A DNA stretch of 64,000 nucleotides from a bacterium (GTDB lineage Bacteria > Cyanobacteriota > Vampirovibrionia > Gastranaerophilales > JBAXKC01): positions 64,001-128,000 of the forward strand of contig JBAXKC010000001.1 in NCBI GenBank assembly GCA_037137535.1. The letters are read 5' to 3'. Below are positions 60,324 to 64,000 of the stretch, piece after piece (position 1 is the stretch's first letter; the number at the start of each line of letters is the position of its first letter). A program made the translations under genes and the position numbers. The notes beneath the pieces are model-generated. The model searched no databases. It was not told the DNA's origin and was given only the letters and a program-made list of their open reading frames with translations.

Positions 60324-60999
60324 AAAGGAAAAAATTAATATGGATAAAATAAAACTGATAATTGTAGAGGATCATGCCCTTACAAGAATAGGATTAAAAA
60401 CCACACTTGAACAAAGCCCCATCCTTAATGTAATAGACGAAGCAGAAAGCGGAGAAGAGGGAGTTAAAAAGACGTTAGAGCTTGAACCTGACGTTGTTAT
60501 TATGGATTTAGGGCTTCCTGGTATAAATGGAATTGAAGCAACAAAACAAATTAAAGAATATAACTCTGAAATAAAAGTAATTATTCTAACGTCCCATGAT
60601 AATGACAGGGAAGTCATTGCTGCTTTAAGCGCAGGAGCTAACGCATATTGCATGAAAGACATAAGCCCAAAGAAACTTATATCAATCGTAGAAGCTGTTG
60701 CAGACGGCGGAGCATGGCTTGACCCTGCTATTGCAAGGATAGTTTTAACAAAAGCGGTCAACTGCATTGAAGTTGAAGAGCCTATCGGTAAAGTAAAACA
60801 GCTTTCTCCCTTGACAGACAGAGAAATAGAAATACTTCAGCTACTTGCCGATGGACTTGGCAATATTGAAGTAGCTAAAGAACTTGCTTTAAGCCAATAC
60901 ACAGTAAAATCTCATATATGCAATATCCTTCAAAAATTATCAGTCGATGACAGAACACAAGCCGTTGCAAAGGCAATGCGAAGTGGTTGGATTAATTAA
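60316..60999 (+). CDS. NarL/LuxR-family response regulator
   Basis: IVEDH, MDLGLP, LTDRE, TVKSHICNILQKL.V.DRTQAV motifs. Confidence 0.95.
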   Translation: MIKKEKINMDKIKLIIVEDHALTRIGLKTTLEQSPILNVIDEAESGEEGVKKTLELEPDVVIMDLGLPGINGIEATKQIKEYNSEIKVIILTSHDNDREVIAALSAGANAYCMKDISPKKLISIVEAVADGGAWLDPAIARIVLTKAVNCIEVEEPIGKVKQLSPLTDREIEILQLLADGLGNIEVAKELALSQYTVKSHICNILQKLSVDDRTQAVAKAMRSGWIN

Positions 61000-61008
61000 G
61001 CCGTTAAT
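60892..61008 (+). repeat. Response regulator 3' end, copy 1 (in the intact gene)
   Basis: Matches 61453-61548 and 62332-62363. Confidence 0.9.
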
Positions 61009-61086
61009 AAATAGGAATTTATTCCTATTTATTGACATTAATACACTATACTTTATAATTTTAAATAATATAATTTTGAAAGAAAA

Positions 61087-61452
61087 ATGGGATTTATTTT
61101 AATAATCATAATAATTAGTATATTAGTGCTAGCAACTATTAGTTTAATTTTAAGTCTGTTATATGTGAAATTTTTTGGTAAAAATAAAAAAGCATTATAC
61201 AAAACTATCTTAATTTTATACATTCTATTATTATGTCAAGGATTATTACCATTCTCGTGGGTAATTGGAGATTCATGGTATCAAGATTTAGAGAAAATGT
61301 CTAATCCCGACTCTATATTAAGCAATACTTTTATTATATCTTTAATCATTCCAATTTGTTTATTCCCAATTGATAAAACTATTTCATTTTTTCGTAAAAA
61401 TAGGACCTTAACAATTAAAATCAAGAATTTTATAAAATCATTGTATTCGTAG
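61087..61452 (+). CDS. Small three-TM membrane protein, very AT-rich
   Basis: 121-aa hydrophobic ORF with TTGACA-N17-TATAAT promoter upstream (about 61032-61060); lies between repeat copies 1 and 2. Confidence 0.7.
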   Translation: MGFILIIIIISILVLATISLILSLLYVKFFGKNKKALYKTILILYILLLCQGLLPFSWVIGDSWYQDLEKMSNPDSILSNTFIISLIIPICLFPIDKTISFFRKNRTLTIKIKNFIKSLYS

Positions 61453-61548
61453 AGCCAATACAATATTCTTCAAAAATTATCGGTCGATAACAGAACACAA
61501 GCCGTTGTTAAGGCAATGCGGAGCGGTTGGATTAATTAAGCCGTTAAT
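61453..61548 (+). repeat. Response regulator 3' end, copy 2 (gene fragment)
   Basis: 61461-61548 aligns to 60921-61008 with 7 mismatches in 88 nt; encodes NILQKLSVDNRTQAVVKAMRSGWIN*. Confidence 0.9.
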
Positions 61549-61598
61549 TTATGATTTAGTTGGGCGAATTCGCCTTGAAATAATTTACTAAGAAAAAA

Positions 61599-61901
61599 TT
61601 AAGCTATTTTTTTTATCTGATCTATTTCGTTTTTTTGTTTACTGTAAGTTTTATATAAATCATAGTTGCTTTGTAAATTCATCCAAAATTCTGGAGTTGT
61701 ACCCAAAAGATTAGCAAGTTTTAAAGCCATTATAGGAGTAATACCCCTTTTTTCATTATAAATATCACTTATAGTTTTAATCCCGACTTTTAAAAGTTCA
61801 GACAATTTTGCTTGAGTAATATTTAAAGGAACAGCGAACTCTTCTTTTAGAATTATTCCGGGATGAGTATAAGGTCTTAATTCCATTTTCAGATACTCCA
61901 T
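61599..61901 (-). CDS. higA: HigA family antitoxin
   Basis: HPGIILKEEF, HTH, RGITP.MALKL and PEFWMNLQ motifs. Confidence 0.93.
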   Translation of the reverse strand: MEYLKMELRPYTHPGIILKEEFAVPLNITQAKLSELLKVGIKTISDIYNEKRGITPIMALKLANLLGTTPEFWMNLQSNYDLYKTYSKQKNEIDQIKKIA

Positions 61902-62185
61902 TATTTATGGTAATCAACAATACAAACTTCTTCCGCATTTCCGTTGATAAATTTAAAAACAATTCTGTATTGGTTATTTATTCTAATACTACAATAATTT
62001 TTCAATTCCCCTTTTAGGTGCTCAAACCTATTCGCTGGAGGAACCAATAAATCCTGTTCTTTAAAAGCAGAATGCAGCATATCAAGTTTTCTTTTGCCAA
62101 TTTTACTTATTTCTACAGGAAATTTTTTTGAAATGCCACCGTCAAAAATAAAACTTGTTTCTTTGCATTTAAAACTTATTATCAT
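61901..62185 (-). CDS. higB: HigB (RelE-like) toxin
   Basis: MIISFKCKET, RKLDML, PPANRFEHLKG, SIRINNQYRIVF and VDYH motifs. Confidence 0.93.
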   Translation of the reverse strand: MIISFKCKETSFIFDGGISKKFPVEISKIGKRKLDMLHSAFKEQDLLVPPANRFEHLKGELKNYCSIRINNQYRIVFKFINGNAEEVCIVDYHK

Positions 62186-62191
62186 ATAGCT

Positions 62192-62220
62192 ATATTATCA
62201 CTATATGATAACTTTATCAA
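62192..62220 (-). promoter_or_regulatory. higBA promoter with overlapping palindromic operator
   Basis: TTGATA-N17-TAATAT on the minus strand; TTATCA-CTATA-TGATAA at 62195-62211. Confidence 0.5.
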
Positions 62221-62331
62221 GTCAAGGGAATTACCAATAAACATAATTATGAAAAATCGAATCTCTTTTTTAGCGTCTTATTGTTTATAGTTATACTGAT
62301 TACGAGTATAATTCTCATTCGGTAAGAACCC

Positions 62332-62363
62332 CAAAGGCAATGCGGAGCGGTTGGATTAATTAA
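62332..62363 (+). repeat. Response regulator 3' end, copy 3
   Basis: CAAAGGCAATGCGGAGCGGTTGGATTAATTAA, sharing the copy-2 variants. Confidence 0.85.
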
Positions 62364-62827
62364 CCGCAAAGCTGTCCGTATTTATTCCAGACTTTTGTTT
62401 CAAAAGAACCGTTAATGATTTTATCATTAATTTTCATAGAATAATGCCCTTTTACATGCCCTGTTTTATCAATTTGCTCAAATACAATCTCTGCTGTATC
62501 TGCTTTTGAGCCTACATCTTCTTTAGGGGAATAAACAGCTGTTCCTTCATTAGAATTTTTTGAATTAAACTTAAAAACAACAGGTTTAGATAGTTTTTTA
62601 GAATTAAAAACCTCTATATTTTTGAAAAAAGAAAATTCGATATAAGGAGAATAAGTATCTAAAGGATTGTCTTTTTCGCTGAATACAAGTGTAACAGCAG
62701 GACTATCCCAAGGCGAACATGTTTTATATATTGATGAATATGTGAAATTATTCTCCTCTGCTCTCGCCTTAAAGCAAGTTGTAACTATACAAAACATAAT
62801 TAACATTAAAGTAAAAAATCTTTTCAT
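62360..62827 (-). CDS. Exported hypothetical protein
   Basis: Signal peptide ending ARA-EE; SD AAGGAG; Cys pair (TCSPWD, QLCG). Confidence 0.75.
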   Translation of the reverse strand: MKRFFTLMLIMFCIVTTCFKARAEENNFTYSSIYKTCSPWDSPAVTLVFSEKDNPLDTYSPYIEFSFFKNIEVFNSKKLSKPVVFKFNSKNSNEGTAVYSPKEDVGSKADTAEIVFEQIDKTGHVKGHYSMKINDKIINGSFETKVWNKYGQLCG

Positions 62828-62842
62828 TTTAATCTCCTTTTT

Positions 62843-63199
62843 TCACGAATAAAATTGCATTCCAAGCTTCTTTAACACCATGATAAGTAAAAAGTATAAA
62901 CTTATCATAATTAATATAGAAAATAACATTGCAGGAATAAAATGTATTTTTAATTTCAATAATAAAGGCAATACAAGAAAAAAGACAAGCGAAGGCAGAA
63001 CAAGCCAAAAAACATTCAAAGACAATCCTGCAATCTTACTTGAATTTTTTGTTTCCGCATAAATCCAAATAAAAGATATTATTGAAACTATAGGTAATGA
63101 GACCAACGCCGATGCCACAAAAGTATTAATTTTAGACAGCTCTGATATAGAAACAATTAACAATGCAGAAATAATTAATTTTATACAATAATAAAACAT
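62843..63199 (-). CDS. DUF3147-like small membrane protein
   Basis: KLIISALLIVSISELSK...SLPIVSI...FWLVLPSLVFF pattern. Confidence 0.75.
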   Translation of the reverse strand: MFYYCIKLIISALLIVSISELSKINTFVASALVSLPIVSIISFIWIYAETKNSSKIAGLSLNVFWLVLPSLVFFLVLPLLLKLKIHFIPAMLFSILIMISLYFLLIMVLKKLGMQFYS

Positions 63200-63202
63200 A
63201 AA

Positions 63203-64000
63203 CTAATTAAATCTTACCAAATCCTTTAAAATTCCTTTTGTTTGAGGATTAAAAGAATTAAGGGAATCATCAAAATTAAAAATATTAGAAATCAAAGGTT
63301 TAATATCAATCATTCCTAAGGCCAACGCTCTCAAAGCTGGCTTAAAATCACCGCATCTTGAGCCGTAAAGCACTATTTCATCTATTACAATCGGAGCAAG
63401 GTTTAAAGGTTTGTCATCTGCAACTGTGCTTTTTAAAACAAACTTTCCTCTTGGTTTAAGCAGGCTTAAAGCTGTTTCAAAGCCACTTACAGAACCTGTT
63501 GCATCAACTACAACATCAAAAGATTTATCAGCCTTAATTTCCGATAATTTTGCAATTTTCAAACCTTGTTTTTTTGCGATTTCAAGCTTTGAGTCATGTT
63601 TGCCTATAACAATAACCTCTGCCATAGTCAATTTCAGCGCAAATGCAATTAACAAGCCTAATTTTCCATCTCCAAGAACTGCAACCTTTTCAGTTGGCTT
63701 AATATGAACTTGATCAGTTATTTCAAAAGCAGCAGCAAGCGGTTCTACAAAGACTGCCTCTTCGTCAGAAACATTATCAGGAACTTCTAAAAGATTGTTT
63801 AAAGGCAAAGTCAAATAATCTGCAAAACAGCCTTCTCTTATTAATATACCCAGTACATCCCTATTCATGCAATGAATCTGTTCTTTTTTTAGACAAAATT
63901 CGCAGACATTACATCCACAATTTATTTCCCCTACAACTCTTTTACCAAGAAGGCTTTTATCTTCTGAATTTACTTCTTCGACTATACCGACAAACTCATG
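63203..64000 (-). CDS. Zinc-binding medium-chain dehydrogenase (5' end outside window)
   Basis: Frame is open to the window edge: HEFVG, GEINCGCNVCEFC...C, EPLAAA, GDGKLG and GSRCG motifs. Confidence 0.92.
   Translation of the reverse strand, partial: HEFVGIVEEVNSEDKSLLGKRVVGEINCGCNVCEFCLKKEQIHCMNRDVLGILIREGCFADYLTLPLNNLLEVPDNVSDEEAVFVEPLAAAFEITDQVHIKPTEKVAVLGDGKLGLLIAFALKLTMAEVIVIGKHDSKLEIAKKQGLKIAKLSEIKADKSFDVVVDATGSVSGFETALSLLKPRGKFVLKSTVADDKPLNLAPIVIDEIVLYGSRCGDFKPALRALALGMIDIKPLISNIFNFDDSLNSFNPQTKGILKDLVRFN

Noticed and set aside
60892-62363. CRISPR array, integron attC sites or DGR template/variable repeat
   Set aside because: Repeats are irregularly spaced coding fragments without attC structure; mismatches are not adenine-specific; no cas, integrase or reverse transcriptase in the window.
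1118-63707. Many 60-140 aa ORFs overlapping recognised genes (e.g. 8858-9274, 11504-11872, 16829-17170, 16878-17249, 42399-42818, 60372-60767)
   Set aside because: Antisense or alternate-frame shadows of well-supported genes, with no motifs of their own.

Overview
AT-rich bacterial chromosomal window, mostly housekeeping genes. A cyanobacterial-type split ATP synthase cluster (b and b' subunits, no beta/epsilon), flagellar genes and no photosynthesis genes suggest, by inference, a non-photosynthetic cyanobacterial relative (Vampirovibrionia/Melainabacteria, Gastranaerophilales-like). Main genes: fixC-like, ADA-family deaminase, ssb-dtnK-pdxA, nrdJ, holA-holB, obgE-aminotransferase-serA, UvrD-type helicase, atp cluster, two two-component systems, fliJ-fliK-flgD-flgE, galE-uxs-ugd, malic enzyme, radical SAM and higBA. 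Highlights: (1) an unannotated ~75-nt sRNA candidate downstream of flgE, with a perfect sigma-28 promoter, a C-rich anti-Shine-Dalgarno tract complementary to leaders of the adjacent hook genes, and an intrinsic terminator; (2) a malic enzyme made of two fused copies whose catalytic motifs are split between the copies; (3) two tandem paralogous microproteins next to the flagellar operon; (4) a response regulator 3' end present three times, bracketing two inserted cassettes; (5) orphan enzymes with low-complexity N-terminal leaders (soluble FtsH-like, CheD/CNF1-like, ADAL-like). No rRNA, tRNA, CRISPR array, transposase or integrase was recognised.
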